The notes beneath the pieces are model-generated. The model saw only the letters and a program-made list of their open reading frames with translations, did no database searches and was not told the origin of the DNA. Below, one piece after another: positions 1 through 10,033 of a stretch of DNA of 64,000 nt (its first letter is position 1; each line of letters begins with the position of its first letter). The DNA is from an uncultured Actinomycetes bacterium (lineage in GTDB: Bacteria; Actinomycetota; Acidimicrobiia; Acidimicrobiales; SZUA-35): contig CADEDH010000003.1 in assembly GCA_902826025.1 (NCBI GenBank), positions 21,743 to 85,742 of the forward strand. The letters are read 5' to 3'. A program made the translations under genes and the position numbers.

Positions 1-288
1 GACTACTGCGCCGCCAACAGCCGGATCTTCTCTCTGGCCCCGGCCGAGGTCCGCGACCGCCACTACTCCCACCAACAGGCCTACGGAGAATTCTTCCACC
101 AGCTGATCGCCGACGCTCTGGCCAACGGCGAGTTGAAGGCGGGCATCGACCCTGCGGTCGTGCGCATGCTGCTGTTCGGGGCCATGAACTGGACCGTCGA
201 GTGGTATCGGCCCGACAGTGGACGCAGCCCCCAGCAGGTGATCGACGAGCTGGTGGCGATGGTGTTCGACGGCCTACGGAGGCCGTAA
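1..288 (+). CDS. TetR/AcrR-family transcriptional regulator, C-terminal fragment (5' end outside window)
   Basis: Frame 1 is open from the window edge to TAA at 286-288. My own translation ends ...[53 protein letters not shown], which resembles a TetR ligand-binding C-terminal domain. It is absent from the ORF track because there is no start codon in the window. Confidence 0.5.
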   Translation, partial: DYCAANSRIFSLAPAEVRDRHYSHQQAYGEFFHQLIADALANGELKAGIDPAVVRMLLFGAMNWTVEWYRPDSGRSPQQVIDELVAMVFDGLRRP

Positions 289-382
289 CCGCAGGCCAGG
301 ACCCCAGGCCAGGACCCGGGCCGGACGGCCCAGCTGGCCCCAGCCGGCTCAACCCGACTCGGTACGGGCCGATACGGAGCCG

Positions 383-1864
383 GTGAACGACGGTTTCGAC
401 AGCTCCATCGCCGCCTTCGAGCGCGGCGCCGGTCAGGCACCGACCGTATCGGCGGGCGGCCCGCCCCGAACCGTCCGCTTCACGGTTCGTCGTCGGTTGG
501 CGCTGCTCGTCACCCTCCTCGCCCTGCCCCTGATCAGCCAGACCGTGGTCGGGCTCCGCAACACCGACAAGGTCCTCTTCAGCCAGCAGTCGTTCCGCCA
601 CTCGACCCCCGCCGCCCTGCTCCTGCTGAACATCGACCGGGACGCCTACCAGGCCCAGCTGGCGGCAGAGCGGGCGGCCGGTCTGCCCGACGGCCCGGCC
701 CGGGACACCGAGCTGGCCAACTTCGCCGAGAACTCGGGCCAGACCGCCGAGCGCTTCGCCCAGTTCGAGGAGCACCTGTTGGGCCTCGAGGGGGAGGCCG
801 CGCTGATCGCCGACTTCAAGCAGTTCCGCAAGACCTGGCTGGACGAGGTGCAGCGCTGGCTCGACACCGGCACCGGCGATGTGGAGGCCATCCAGACGGC
901 CTTCAGCGACATGCGGGACCGGATCGACCAGCTCGACGGGCTGTACGAGGACGCAACCAACGTCCAGCTCGACCTGCTCCAGCATCACGCCGAGACCGAA
1001 AAGCGCACCCTTCTCCTCCTGCTGGGCCTGGGAATCGCGGCCAGCGCCCTCTCCGGCTGGTTCATGTCCCGTTCGATCAACCGGGTGGTGGCGGTGAGCA
1101 CGAAGAGCCTGGAGTCGGCGTCGATCGCGGTGGAGACGGCCGTGGCCAGCATCGAGCGCATGAACGCCGCCACCGTCACCAAGGTGGAGGACGTGTCGTC
1201 GATGACCACCTCGGTATCGAGCCGGGTGGCCGAGGTCGGCCACGTCATCGACGGCCTGTCGGGCTCGATCGAGCAGATCGCCCACAAGACGGCCCGGGCC
1301 TCCACGGTGGCCACCGATGCGGCCCTCCGGGCCCAGGACACCAACGCCTCGGTGGCCAAGCTGGGCGAGTCGTCACAGGAGATCGGGCAGGTCATCGAGG
1401 TGATCACGTCGATCGCCAAGCAGACAAACCTCCTGGCTCTCAACGCCACCATCGAGGCGGCCCGGGCCGGCGAGGCGGGGAAGGGCTTCGCTGTGGTGGC
1501 CAACGAGGTGAAAGAGTTGGCCAAGCAGACCTCGTCGGCCACCGATCAGATCGCCGAGCGGATCTCGGCCATCCAGTCCGACACCAGCCGCTCGGTGGAG
1601 GCCATCGAGGCCATCACCGACGTCATGGATGAGATCTCCAACATCCAGTCGGCCATCGCCGCCTCGGTGGAGGAGCAGACCACGGCCACCACCGACATCG
1701 CCCGCAGCGTGGGCTACGCCGTCGACTCGACCAGCACCATCGCCGGCACCGTGCAGTCGGTGGCCGATCAGGCCCGCCAGGCCGACCCCGAGATCGAGGC
1801 CACCCTGGCCGCAGCCCGAGAGGTCCGCGCCATCGCCGCCGACCTCAGATCACTCGTGGGCTGA
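383..1864 (+). CDS. methyl-accepting chemotaxis protein
   Basis: 493 aa. It has an N-terminal TM segment ([13 protein letters not shown]) and a second TM segment, then the highly conserved MCP signalling hairpin [37 protein letters not shown]. The GTG start is uncertain because the RBS is weak. Confidence 0.85.
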   Translation: MNDGFDSSIAAFERGAGQAPTVSAGGPPRTVRFTVRRRLALLVTLLALPLISQTVVGLRNTDKVLFSQQSFRHSTPAALLLLNIDRDAYQAQLAAERAAGLPDGPARDTELANFAENSGQTAERFAQFEEHLLGLEGEAALIADFKQFRKTWLDEVQRWLDTGTGDVEAIQTAFSDMRDRIDQLDGLYEDATNVQLDLLQHHAETEKRTLLLLLGLGIAASALSGWFMSRSINRVVAVSTKSLESASIAVETAVASIERMNAATVTKVEDVSSMTTSVSSRVAEVGHVIDGLSGSIEQIAHKTARASTVATDAALRAQDTNASVAKLGESSQEIGQVIEVITSIAKQTNLLALNATIEAARAGEAGKGFAVVANEVKELAKQTSSATDQIAERISAIQSDTSRSVEAIEAITDVMDEISNIQSAIAASVEEQTTATTDIARSVGYAVDSTSTIAGTVQSVADQARQADPEIEATLAAAREVRAIAADLRSLVG

Positions 1865-1876
1865 GCAGTGCTTTTC

Positions 1877-1892
1877 GGGGGCTCGCGCCCCC
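1877..1892. terminator. GC-rich hairpin between convergent genes (GGGGGC-tcgc-GCCCCC)
   Basis: A 6-bp perfect stem with a 4-nt loop lies 13 nt after the MCP stop codon. There is no U-tract. The region also carries further hairpins and a 19-bp direct repeat. Confidence 0.35.
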
Positions 1893-1953
1893 GGCGGCGC
1901 TTCGCGCCTCCCCCATCGCCGGTGGGACCCCACCCACCGGCGGCGCTTCGCGC

Positions 1954-3135
1954 CTATTTATCTCGGGGGAAGTCGAAGAGCTGGCGGGCGACGACTACCC
2001 GCTGGACCTGCTGGGTGCCCTCGCCGATGTCGAGGATCTTCACGTCCCGGTACAGCTTCTCCAACATCTTGTCGTTGCGGACGCCGGCCTCGCCCAGGAT
2101 CTCGAGCGCGGCCGTCACCGCCTCCAGGATGATCGGCGGCGAGTACATCTTGGCGTAGCTGGCCTCCAGCGCGTTCGACTTGCCGGTCTTGGCCAGCCAC
2201 ACGGCGTTGAGGTACATCAGTCGGGCGGTGTGGAGCCCGCGCCGGATGCGGGCCAGGCGCTCCATGGCCAGCTGCCGGCGCCGGCTGTGCTTGGGGTACT
2301 CGGCCTTCACGAAGTCGAGGGCGAAGTCGTGGGCGGCCCGGCCCATGCCCACCCCGTGGGCGGTGTGCAGCGGACGGGTCATGTTGAACGTGGCCATCGA
2401 TGCCTTGAAGCCGGCCCGGCTCTGGTAGAACTCCTCGCCCCCGAGGAGGTTCTCGGCCGGCACCCGCACGTCGTCGAGGGTGAAGCTGGCCGTCTCGTAG
2501 CCCCGGGAGCCCATCTTGTGCTCGATCTTCAGGATCTCGAAGCCGGGCATACCCCGCTCCACCACGAACGCCCGATGGCCCTCCCGGCCCAGTGACGGGT
2601 CCACCGTGGCCCAGACCACCACCCACTCGGCCCGGGCCGAGTTGGAGCAGAACATCTTCTGCCCCGTCAGCACCCACTCGTCGCCGTCCTTGCGGGCCCG
2701 GGTGGCGATGCGGGCCACGTCGCTGCCGGCACCGGGTTCGGTCATGGCCATGGCCCCCCAGCGGGGCTTGGAGTGATCGGTGAACACCTCGAGGAATCGC
2801 TGGCGCTGCTCGGGGGTGGCGGTCGAGCGCATGGCCGGCCCGCCCAGGCCGGGGCCGGGCAGCGACAGGGCCACGCCTCGGTCCCAGTAGGCCGCCTCCT
2901 CCCCCACCAGGAAGTTGCGGAACGGCTTCCAGTCGAGGGCGCCCGACCCCTCGTCGGCCCCCACCATCCGGCTCACCAGGCCGTCCTGGCGGGCGCAGAT
3001 GTAGTAGAACTCGTGGTCCACGGGCGGGGGCATGGCCGACTGGTCGGCGTCCAGGCCCATCTGGCGGATGTGAAGGCGGCCCAGCTCGCGGACCTCCTCG
3101 ATCATCTCCCGGGTGCGGCGATCGAGCTCGATCAT
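1954..3135 (-). CDS. acyl-CoA dehydrogenase, catalytic (alpha-like) subunit
   Basis: The internal ATG (MIELDRRTREMIEEV...) of the 711-aa track ORF is the likely start; the upstream part is Arg/Gly/Pro junk. The protein has ACAD-like composition and the catalytic-base region DIGEGTQQVQRVVVAR near the C-terminus. Its start overlaps the stop of the upstream gene by 4 nt (ATGA). Confidence 0.85.
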   Translation of the reverse strand: MIELDRRTREMIEEVRELGRLHIRQMGLDADQSAMPPPVDHEFYYICARQDGLVSRMVGADEGSGALDWKPFRNFLVGEEAAYWDRGVALSLPGPGLGGPAMRSTATPEQRQRFLEVFTDHSKPRWGAMAMTEPGAGSDVARIATRARKDGDEWVLTGQKMFCSNSARAEWVVVWATVDPSLGREGHRAFVVERGMPGFEILKIEHKMGSRGYETASFTLDDVRVPAENLLGGEEFYQSRAGFKASMATFNMTRPLHTAHGVGMGRAAHDFALDFVKAEYPKHSRRRQLAMERLARIRRGLHTARLMYLNAVWLAKTGKSNALEASYAKMYSPPIILEAVTAALEILGEAGVRNDKMLEKLYRDVKILDIGEGTQQVQRVVVARQLFDFPRDK

Positions 3136-4199
3136 GACAACTCCCGTCCTGCGGTCAACGGATCCTCTATGTCCAGCACGAACGTGGCCACGTCGGCCTC
3201 GGCGCAGTCGCGCCCGCCCACCGACAGGGCCAACATACGGGCTTCCCGGAACCGCTTCTCGGCCAGGTGGTCGGCGATGAAGCCGTGACCGCCCAGAAGC
3301 TGGATGCCGGTGTTGGTGGCCCGGAAGGCGGCGTCCATGGCCTCCAGCCAGGCCTGGGTGGCCCAGAAGCCGGCATCGGGTTCCTCCCGGTCGTAGGCGG
3401 CAGCGGCGTCGCGCACCACCAGGCGGGCCCCGTGGACCCCCGCTGCGGCGGCGGCCAGGTCGAAGGCGTTGCCCTGGTGGTGGGCAACCGGCTTGCCGAA
3501 CACGATCCGGTCGGTGGCGTACTCGATCGTCTCCTCCAGCGCCGCCTGGGCGATGCCTACGGCCACCGCCGCCCCCCACAGGCGGGCCCGGGAGCGCACG
3601 TCGAGGCTGGTGCGGGGGCCGAGGCTCCAGCTGCCCCGCATCACGGTGTCGGCGTAGGCGATGCTCACCGGGGCCGAGGCCTGGAAGGCCAGCACCTGGA
3701 CCGGCGTGGGCGTGCCGGCCACCTCGTGAAGGCGGAGGGTGTCGCCCTCGCTCACCCAGATCCAGCGCAAGGGCGGCAGGCCGGGGCCCCAGGGCAGCTC
3801 GTGGGCCCCGTGCTCGGGGTCGATCACGGTGAGGGCGGCCTGGGCCGAGCGGTCGAGCCCGGTGGCCGCCACCTGGGCCGCCAGATCCCGGTCGGGGCAG
3901 GCCATGACGGCGCCCACGGTGGGGCCGGGGCGGTCGGCGCCGGCCAGGCCGCTGGCGTCGGCGTGGGCCAGCGTCTCCAGCGCCACCACCTTGGCCGTGG
4001 CGCCCGCACCCACGCCGCCCAGCTCCTCGGGCAGGTCGAGCCCGCCCAAGGGGAAACCGTCGAGCACATCGAGCACGGCGTCGGGCCACCGCCCGGCCGC
4101 CTCGGCGTCTCGGACGTTGGGTTCCAGCTCGGTCCGGGCCAATCGCTCGGCCGCCGCCTGCAGCTCCTCGATCTCAGGGGCCAGGGTGAAATCTCGCAC
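3132..4199 (-). CDS. acyl-CoA dehydrogenase-like protein lacking the catalytic Glu (beta-like subunit)
   Basis: The protein-like part of the 704-aa track ORF begins at GTG (VRDFTLAPEIEELQAAAERLA...). It looks ACAD-like throughout (GGHGFIADHLAEKRFREARM). However, the position of the usual YEGT catalytic base reads ALSVGGRDCAE. Confidence 0.75.
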   Translation of the reverse strand: MRDFTLAPEIEELQAAAERLARTELEPNVRDAEAAGRWPDAVLDVLDGFPLGGLDLPEELGGVGAGATAKVVALETLAHADASGLAGADRPGPTVGAVMACPDRDLAAQVAATGLDRSAQAALTVIDPEHGAHELPWGPGLPPLRWIWVSEGDTLRLHEVAGTPTPVQVLAFQASAPVSIAYADTVMRGSWSLGPRTSLDVRSRARLWGAAVAVGIAQAALEETIEYATDRIVFGKPVAHHQGNAFDLAAAAAGVHGARLVVRDAAAAYDREEPDAGFWATQAWLEAMDAAFRATNTGIQLLGGHGFIADHLAEKRFREARMLALSVGGRDCAEADVATFVLDIEDPLTAGRELS

Positions 4200-4285
4200 G
4201 GCCTCAACATAGAAGACCGACGGCCCCCAGCGCCCGTCCGGTGATCCCGCCGATCGGGGCCAGGTCCCCCGACACCCAACCAGCC

Positions 4286-6244
4286 CTATCCGGAGACGGC
4301 GTGCTCCAGGGTGGCGGCGGCGTCGGCCAGACGGTGGGCGGCCTGGCGGACGGCGTCGGCATCGGCGGCCGACGAGGCGGCGGCCTCGTTGGCCACGTGG
4401 GCCTGGGCCGAGATCGTCTGGGCCCGGTGGGCCACCTGCTCGATGGTGCGGGCGATGGCCATCGAGGTGTCGGTCTGCTGCTGCACGGCGGCGTCGATCG
4501 AGCGCTGGAGGTCCTCGATCCGCTGGATCACGTCGGCCACCCCGGTGATGGCGGCGTCGGCGGCGCTCGTCTCCTCGGTCATGGCCGACACCTTCTCGGC
4601 CACCGTGCCGGTCGACTCGGCGGTCTGCTGGGCCAGGCCCTTCACCTCGTCGGCCACCACGGCGAAGCCCCGACCGGCCTCGCCGGCCCGGGCCGCTTCG
4701 ATCGACGCGTTCAGCGCCAACAGCTTGGTCTCCTCGGCGATCTGGGTGATGAGGTCCACAACCTGGCCCACCTCGGCGCTGCGCTGGAGCACATGATCCA
4801 TGCTCGAAGTGCTGGTGCGGGCGGCATCGACGGCCGACGCCGCCACCATGCTCACCTCGGCCGTGGCGGCCGAGATCTGCTCGATGGCGGCGGTGAGCTC
4901 GTCGACCGTGTTCGACAAGCCGGCCAGATCGTCGCGGACCTGGTTGGCCGACGCCGCAGTGGCTTCCGCCGCCTGGGCCGACGCCTCGGCCGACTCGGCC
5001 AGATGGGCGCTCAGCACCGTGAGGCCGTCGTTGCCGCTCGAAACCCGCCGCACGTTCTCCCCCGCCCCCACCACCGGCCGGGTGAGGCGGCGGACCCGGA
5101 AGGCGATGAAGATCCCGCCGATGGCTGCGCCGGCCAGAGAGGTCAGGGCGATCAGGACCAGCAGCCGACCCCGCCCTTCGGCCATGGCCCGAAAGACCGT
5201 GTCGAACTCGTCGCGATGGGCCCGGCTGATGATCACCCAGTCCCACGACGGGTCGTAGGCCACCATCCCGAGCATGGCCCGCCCGTCGACGTCGGGCAGG
5301 GTGATGGGGGCCATCTGGCCCTCGTCGAGACCGGTGGCGGTGTCCAGCGCCGGGCCCAGCCAGCTGGCGGCGTCGGTCTGGAGGAGATCATCGCCCACCG
5401 CCGTGCCGTCGTCGCGGCCCACGAGCTTGCGGCCCCGGGTCGGCCCTGATCCCTGGACCACGGTGACGTAGCCCGACTGGCCGATGACCTTCTCCTCCAG
5501 CGACTCCGAAAGCAGCGACACGCTGCTCTGGGGGATGCCGACGAACAGCATGCCGACCACGCCGCCCCCGACGCCCGTGATCGGCTGGTAGACGGCCTGG
5601 TAGCCGGCGCCGAGGACGGTGGCCGTGCCCTGGTAGGTCTCACCCTGGAGCACGGCGGCCAGCACCTGGTTGGGTGTCCCGTCGGCGTTGGTGACGCGGA
5701 TGGCGGTGCCGATGCCCCGCTCGCCCTCGGCGTTGGGGACGGTCGTGGCCACCCGGAGCATGTCGCCGGCGTCGTTGAGGCGCTGGAAGACGGTGGCCCG
5801 GGCCCCCGTGATCTCCGTCACCCAGTCGACCACCGGCACCGGCCGGTCGAGGTCGGTCTCCTGGCCCAGCGAGGTGTCGCCCACCAGGAGCTGGGGCAGG
5901 CGGACCGGCTCCACCTCATCGTGGCCGGGGCTGGTGACCTCCCAGTCGAGCTGGGTGTCGCCCTCCCGGAACGGCCCGAGGGAGGCGGCGTGATCGGTCA
6001 TGGCCGCCATGTCGGTGGCCAGCTGCTGGGCCAGGGCCTGCTCGATCGCGTTGACCAGGGAGGCCGACGTGCTGGTCAGCTCGCGGAGCTGGGCCTGGGT
6101 CTGGGTCTCGGACTCGGTGCTGGCCGACTCGGCGAACCGGCCGCTGGAGCCATAGACCACCCCGGTGATGACGAGCGCGGTACCAGCCAGCGCCCCCAGC
6201 GCCGACAGCGTGATCTTGGACTCGAGGTTCCGGAACACGTCCAC
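4286..6244 (-). CDS. methyl-accepting chemotaxis protein with large periplasmic (Cache-like) sensor domain
   Basis: 652 aa. The order is TM1 ([20 protein letters not shown]), an extracytoplasmic domain of about 300 aa, TM2 ([22 protein letters not shown]), then the MCP hairpin [35 protein letters not shown]. Confidence 0.85.
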   Translation of the reverse strand: MDVFRNLESKITLSALGALAGTALVITGVVYGSSGRFAESASTESETQTQAQLRELTSTSASLVNAIEQALAQQLATDMAAMTDHAASLGPFREGDTQLDWEVTSPGHDEVEPVRLPQLLVGDTSLGQETDLDRPVPVVDWVTEITGARATVFQRLNDAGDMLRVATTVPNAEGERGIGTAIRVTNADGTPNQVLAAVLQGETYQGTATVLGAGYQAVYQPITGVGGGVVGMLFVGIPQSSVSLLSESLEEKVIGQSGYVTVVQGSGPTRGRKLVGRDDGTAVGDDLLQTDAASWLGPALDTATGLDEGQMAPITLPDVDGRAMLGMVAYDPSWDWVIISRAHRDEFDTVFRAMAEGRGRLLVLIALTSLAGAAIGGIFIAFRVRRLTRPVVGAGENVRRVSSGNDGLTVLSAHLAESAEASAQAAEATAASANQVRDDLAGLSNTVDELTAAIEQISAATAEVSMVAASAVDAARTSTSSMDHVLQRSAEVGQVVDLITQIAEETKLLALNASIEAARAGEAGRGFAVVADEVKGLAQQTAESTGTVAEKVSAMTEETSAADAAITGVADVIQRIEDLQRSIDAAVQQQTDTSMAIARTIEQVAHRAQTISAQAHVANEAAASSAADADAVRQAAHRLADAAATLEHAVSG

Positions 6245-6291
6245 CCTGTCGGCCGATGGGCCGACAGGATGGAATCACCTTCCAGGCTGAA

Positions 6292-7071
6292 CTACCGGGG
6301 CGGCATCCGGATGCCGCCGTCGACCCGGATCACCTCGCCGTTCATGTACGGGTTGGTGATCACATCCACCACCATGAATGCCAGCTCCTCGGCCGAGCCG
6401 AGCCGCTTGGGGAACAGCACCGACTGACCCAGGTGGTTCTTGAACTTGTCGGCCTCCTCGCCGGAACCGTAGATCGGAGTGTCGATGAGTCCGGGGGCGA
6501 TCGTGTTGACCCGGATCCCGGCGGCCGACAGGTCGCGGGCGATGGGCAGGGTCATGCCCACCACGCCCCCCTTGGAGGCGGAGTAGGCGGCCTGGCCGAT
6601 CTGACCGTCGAAGGCGGCCACCGAGGCCAGGTTGACGATGGCACCCCGCTGGCCGTCGCCGTCGAGCGGCTCGGTCTTGCCCATGGCGGCGGCCGACAGC
6701 CGCAGCATGTTGAACGTGCCCAGCAGGTTGATGCGGATGACGAAGTCGAAGTCCTTCTGGGCCATCGGCTCGTTGTTGCGGTCGATGGTGCGTCCCGCCC
6801 GGCCCAGGCCAGCCGAGTTCACCAGCGCCCGCAGCGGGCCCATCTCCGAGGCGGCGAGCACCGCCGCCTGGCCGTCTTCCTCGCTCGACACGTCGCACCG
6901 CACGAACATGCCGCCGATCTCGGTGGCGACCTGCTGGCCGCGGTCTTCCTGGAGGTCGGCGATCACCACCTTGGCGCCCAGGGCGGCCAGCTGGCGGGCC
7001 GCCGCCTCGCCGATGCCCGAGGCACCTCCGGTGACGATGGCGGAGGCGTCGGTCAGGTTCATTCGGGGCAT
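6292..7071 (-). CDS. short-chain dehydrogenase/reductase (3-hydroxyacyl-CoA dehydrogenase type-2-like)
   Basis: Starts at the internal ATG (MPRMNLTDASAIVTGGASGIGEAAA...). It has the TGxxxGIG cofactor motif and the YSASKGGVVGMT (YxxxK) catalytic motif. Confidence 0.85.
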   Translation of the reverse strand: MPRMNLTDASAIVTGGASGIGEAAARQLAALGAKVVIADLQEDRGQQVATEIGGMFVRCDVSSEEDGQAAVLAASEMGPLRALVNSAGLGRAGRTIDRNNEPMAQKDFDFVIRINLLGTFNMLRLSAAAMGKTEPLDGDGQRGAIVNLASVAAFDGQIGQAAYSASKGGVVGMTLPIARDLSAAGIRVNTIAPGLIDTPIYGSGEEADKFKNHLGQSVLFPKRLGSAEELAFMVVDVITNPYMNGEVIRVDGGIRMPPR

Positions 7072-7124
7072 GGGGCAGTCCTTTCGGGACGGAAGGTGGG
7101 CGCTGGGGAGGATATTCCCGTTTG

Positions 7125-8843
7125 TCAGGCGAGCACGAAGCCGTCGTAGCCGGCTTCGGCGATCTCGGTGCACCGCTGGCGGTACCGGCCGAAGCCGCCG
7201 ACGTAGGGCATGAACACCCGGGCCTTGCCCTCGATGTTGGAGCCCAGGTACCAGCTGTTGCAGCTGGGGGCGGTGTACATGGTGCCCTCGGCCAGCTCGT
7301 TGACGTGGGCCACCCAGGCCTCTACCGCCTCCGGAGCCGGCTCCATCGTGGTGTGTCCGCTGGCGGCCAGGTGATCGAGAGCGGCGGCGATCCATTCCAC
7401 GTGCTGCTCGATCGACACGATCATGTTCGACAGCACCGAGGGGCTGCCCGGACCGTTGACCATGAACAGGTTGGGGAAGTCCTCCATCTGGAGCCCGAGG
7501 TAGGTGCGGGGGCCGTCGGCCCAGACATCGGTGAGCGGACGGCCGGCTCGTCCGGTGAGCTCGATTCGGCTCAGCGCACCGGTCATGGCGTCGAACCCGG
7601 TGGCCAGCACGAGCACGTCGAGGGCCACCTCGCCGTCGGTGGTGCGGACACCGGCCGGGGTCACCTCCACCAGCGGGCTGCGGCGTAGGTCGACCAGCTC
7701 CACGTTCGGGCGGTTGAACGTCTCGTAGTAGTGGGTGTCGATCACCGGCCGCTTGCAGGCCAACGGGTACTCCCGGGGTTCGAGGCCGGCTGCCGTGTCG
7801 GCGTCGTGCACGATCTTGCGGATCTCCCGGCGGAACAGCTCACAGGCCACCTCGTTGGCCTCGGGATCGAGGTAGACGTCACGGAAGCGCTGGTAGGCGC
7901 CGGGGCCGAAACGGTCGAACGCCGCCTCCCGCTCGTCGGGCGCGAGGTCGAGCAGGCCCTTGCGGCCGCCACCCCCGCTGCTGGCTCCGCCGCCGGTGCC
8001 GCCCTCACCCTCGGCCCGGGCCGGGCGGGATTCCTTGAGGGCCAGCGGGCCGAGGAAGCCGGTGGCCGAGTTGCGCTGGCGTTCCCGGATCTCGGGGTAG
8101 CGGGCCTTGAACTCGGCTGCCGTCTCGGCCCGTAGCGGCTTGTTGCCGGCGGGAACGGTGTACACCGGCGACCGCTGGAACACCGTGAGCTGCCCGGCCC
8201 GCTCGGCCAGCACGGGAATGGCCTGCACCCCGGACGAGCCGGTGCCCACCACACCCACCCGGAGGCCGGTGAGATCGGGCTCCTCTTTGGGCCAACGGCC
8301 GGTGTGGAGCAGGGTGCCGGCGAAGGAGTCGAGCCCGGGCAGGTCGGGGGTGTTGGGCACCGACAGGCAGCCGGTGGCCATGATGCACCACCGGGCCTCC
8401 ACCTCGTGGCCGGCGTCGGTGCGCACCCGCCACCGCTGCCGTTCGTCGTCCCAGTGGGCGGCCGTCACCCGGGTCTCGAACGTGATGTGCCGCCGGAGGT
8501 CGAAGCGGTCGGCCACGTGGCGGGCGTAGGACAGAATCTCGGGCTGGGCCGCCATCAGCTCGGTCCACTCCCAGTCCTGCTCCAGCCCTGGATCGAAGGA
8601 GTAGGAGTACTCCATCGAGGGCACGTCGCAGCGGGCCCCGGGATAGCGGTTCCAGTACCAGGTGCCGCCCACATCGGTGCCGGCCTCGAACACCATGGCG
8701 GTGAGGCCCCGCTCTCGCAGGCGGTACAGCATGTACATGCCGGCGAATCCGGCGCCCACCACCACGGCGTCGACGACGGCGGGCCCGGCGAACGGATCGG
8801 CGGCGGGATCGGCGGCGTTGGGGGTCGACGTCGGGTCAGTCAT
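7125..8843 (-). CDS. Baeyer-Villiger (flavin/NADPH) monooxygenase, cyclohexanone-monooxygenase family
   Basis: 572 aa. Motifs seen: FAD GxGxxG (VVGAGFAGM), GGTWYWNRYPGARCD, the BVMO fingerprint FAGTLLHTGRWP and a second Rossmann motif VVGTGSSGVQ. Confidence 0.9.
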   Translation of the reverse strand: MTDPTSTPNAADPAADPFAGPAVVDAVVVGAGFAGMYMLYRLRERGLTAMVFEAGTDVGGTWYWNRYPGARCDVPSMEYSYSFDPGLEQDWEWTELMAAQPEILSYARHVADRFDLRRHITFETRVTAAHWDDERQRWRVRTDAGHEVEARWCIMATGCLSVPNTPDLPGLDSFAGTLLHTGRWPKEEPDLTGLRVGVVGTGSSGVQAIPVLAERAGQLTVFQRSPVYTVPAGNKPLRAETAAEFKARYPEIRERQRNSATGFLGPLALKESRPARAEGEGGTGGGASSGGGGRKGLLDLAPDEREAAFDRFGPGAYQRFRDVYLDPEANEVACELFRREIRKIVHDADTAAGLEPREYPLACKRPVIDTHYYETFNRPNVELVDLRRSPLVEVTPAGVRTTDGEVALDVLVLATGFDAMTGALSRIELTGRAGRPLTDVWADGPRTYLGLQMEDFPNLFMVNGPGSPSVLSNMIVSIEQHVEWIAAALDHLAASGHTTMEPAPEAVEAWVAHVNELAEGTMYTAPSCNSWYLGSNIEGKARVFMPYVGGFGRYRQRCTEIAEAGYDGFVLA

Positions 8844-8897
8844 GGCTCACAGTGTGCTGCGTGCCACCGTCACGGGGCCAGACGAGCCGGCGGTAGA

Positions 8898-9887
8898 TCA
8901 GCGCCAGAGGGCGAAGGCCAGGCCGGTGCCCGTGGCGGCCGGGGTGCGGTAGCCGGGCACGTAGTCGAGCACCTCGAACCGGCGGTCGGCGCAGGCCGCG
9001 GCCACCGTGATCCAGTTCTTGATCTCCGACGTTCCGGCGGTGAACGTGGCCTCCGGCATGGCGGTGACGGCCGCCAGGTCATTGCGCTCCAGGGCAGCCA
9101 ACACGGAGCGGTCGAGCTCCTCCTCCACCAGGAAGTGGCTGAGGCCACCCGAGGCCAGCACCACCACCCGCTGAGCGGCCGGCCACGACTCGATGGCCCG
9201 ACGCAGCATGACCCCGAAGGCGGCGCACCGCCCGGCCCGGGGCTGGGCCGGCGGGTTGTAGGTGTTGACCATCACCGGCACGATCGGCACGTCGCCCTCG
9301 ATCAGGCGGCGCAGGGGGAAGGCGAAGGCGTGCCCCATCCCCTCCTCCTCCCGAGGGAGGCGGCGGCTGGCGGCCACGTCGAACCCCTCGTCGGCGGCGA
9401 CAGCCAGCACGTGGCGGGCCAGGTCGGAGGCAACCCGGTAGGTGCGGCGGCCGTCGGTCTCCTTGTAGCCGGGGAGGTAGTGCTGGGCCAGCGGCGGCAG
9501 CTCGTCGAAGTTCTCGATGGCGCCGTTGTCTATCGTGTCGCCCCAGTAGACGAGGAACGGCGGCAGATTGTCGGCCATGAGCTGCTCGTCCTGGTCGTCG
9601 CCCACGATCACCACCACGTCGGGCCGGGCAGCGGTGATGGCCTGGCGCACGGCAGCCACCGCCGCCTGCACCCGCTCCGCTCCGGCCCGGGTCACCTCCG
9701 GCTCGGCCAGGGCGACCTTGGTGTCGCCCACGGTGGCCAGGCGCTGCTCGTAGGTGACGTGCACCCCGTCGAGTGTGTACAGCATCGGGTGCTTGCGGTC
9801 CCGCTGGCCCCACTCCAGCCAGTCGGCTCCGTCCATCGTGACCATGGGGCTGTGGGACGAGCCCACACCCAGCACCAGCTCAGCCAT
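8898..9887 (-). CDS. class III extradiol ring-cleavage dioxygenase (LigB family)
   Basis: The internal ATG (MAELVLGVGSSHSPMV...) is preceded by a GAAGGA RBS. The SHSP start and overall composition fit the LigB/protocatechuate-4,5-dioxygenase-type family. Confidence 0.75.
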   Translation of the reverse strand: MAELVLGVGSSHSPMVTMDGADWLEWGQRDRKHPMLYTLDGVHVTYEQRLATVGDTKVALAEPEVTRAGAERVQAAVAAVRQAITAARPDVVVIVGDDQDEQLMADNLPPFLVYWGDTIDNGAIENFDELPPLAQHYLPGYKETDGRRTYRVASDLARHVLAVAADEGFDVAASRRLPREEEGMGHAFAFPLRRLIEGDVPIVPVMVNTYNPPAQPRAGRCAAFGVMLRRAIESWPAAQRVVVLASGGLSHFLVEEELDRSVLAALERNDLAAVTAMPEATFTAGTSEIKNWITVAAACADRRFEVLDYVPGYRTPAATGTGLAFALWR

Positions 9888-10033
9888 CGCTCGATCCTTC
9901 CCGGCGCCGGGGACGCCCTCCGGAGCCCGGCCGTTCACCTGTCACCGGGGCCCACCAGAGATTAGGGTGCACCCTCGGACGACGACAGGCAACCGGCCCG
10001 CCTCGCCGGCCGGCGAGAGGAGACAGCCCCGCG

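Noticed and set aside
3136-4089. N-terminal extensions of track ORFs. Examples: 1954-4089, 3132-5246, 6292-7395, 25354-27489, 32685-37286, 33635-38956, 50009-51025, 58259-59605.
   Set aside because: The extended parts are low-complexity Arg/Pro/Gly sequence lying over the neighbouring real gene. Internal ATG/GTG starts that coincide with 4-nt overlaps or RBS-like sequences give normal-length family members.
383-6244. Chemotaxis operon
   Set aside because: Only two receptor genes are present. No cheA/W/Y/R/B genes occur in the window, so this is not a chemotaxis cluster as such.
8304-9965. Long antisense or alternative-frame ORFs throughout the window. Examples: 8304-9965(+), 19564-20709(-), 21104-22963(-), 40474-42915(+), 53012-55198(-), 56597-59086(+), 59583-61247(+), 33734-36058(+).
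   Set aside because: Their translations are dominated by Arg/Gly/Pro/His runs and carry no family motifs. They also overlap genes that do have clear motifs. This is the typical shadow-ORF artefact of very GC-rich DNA.
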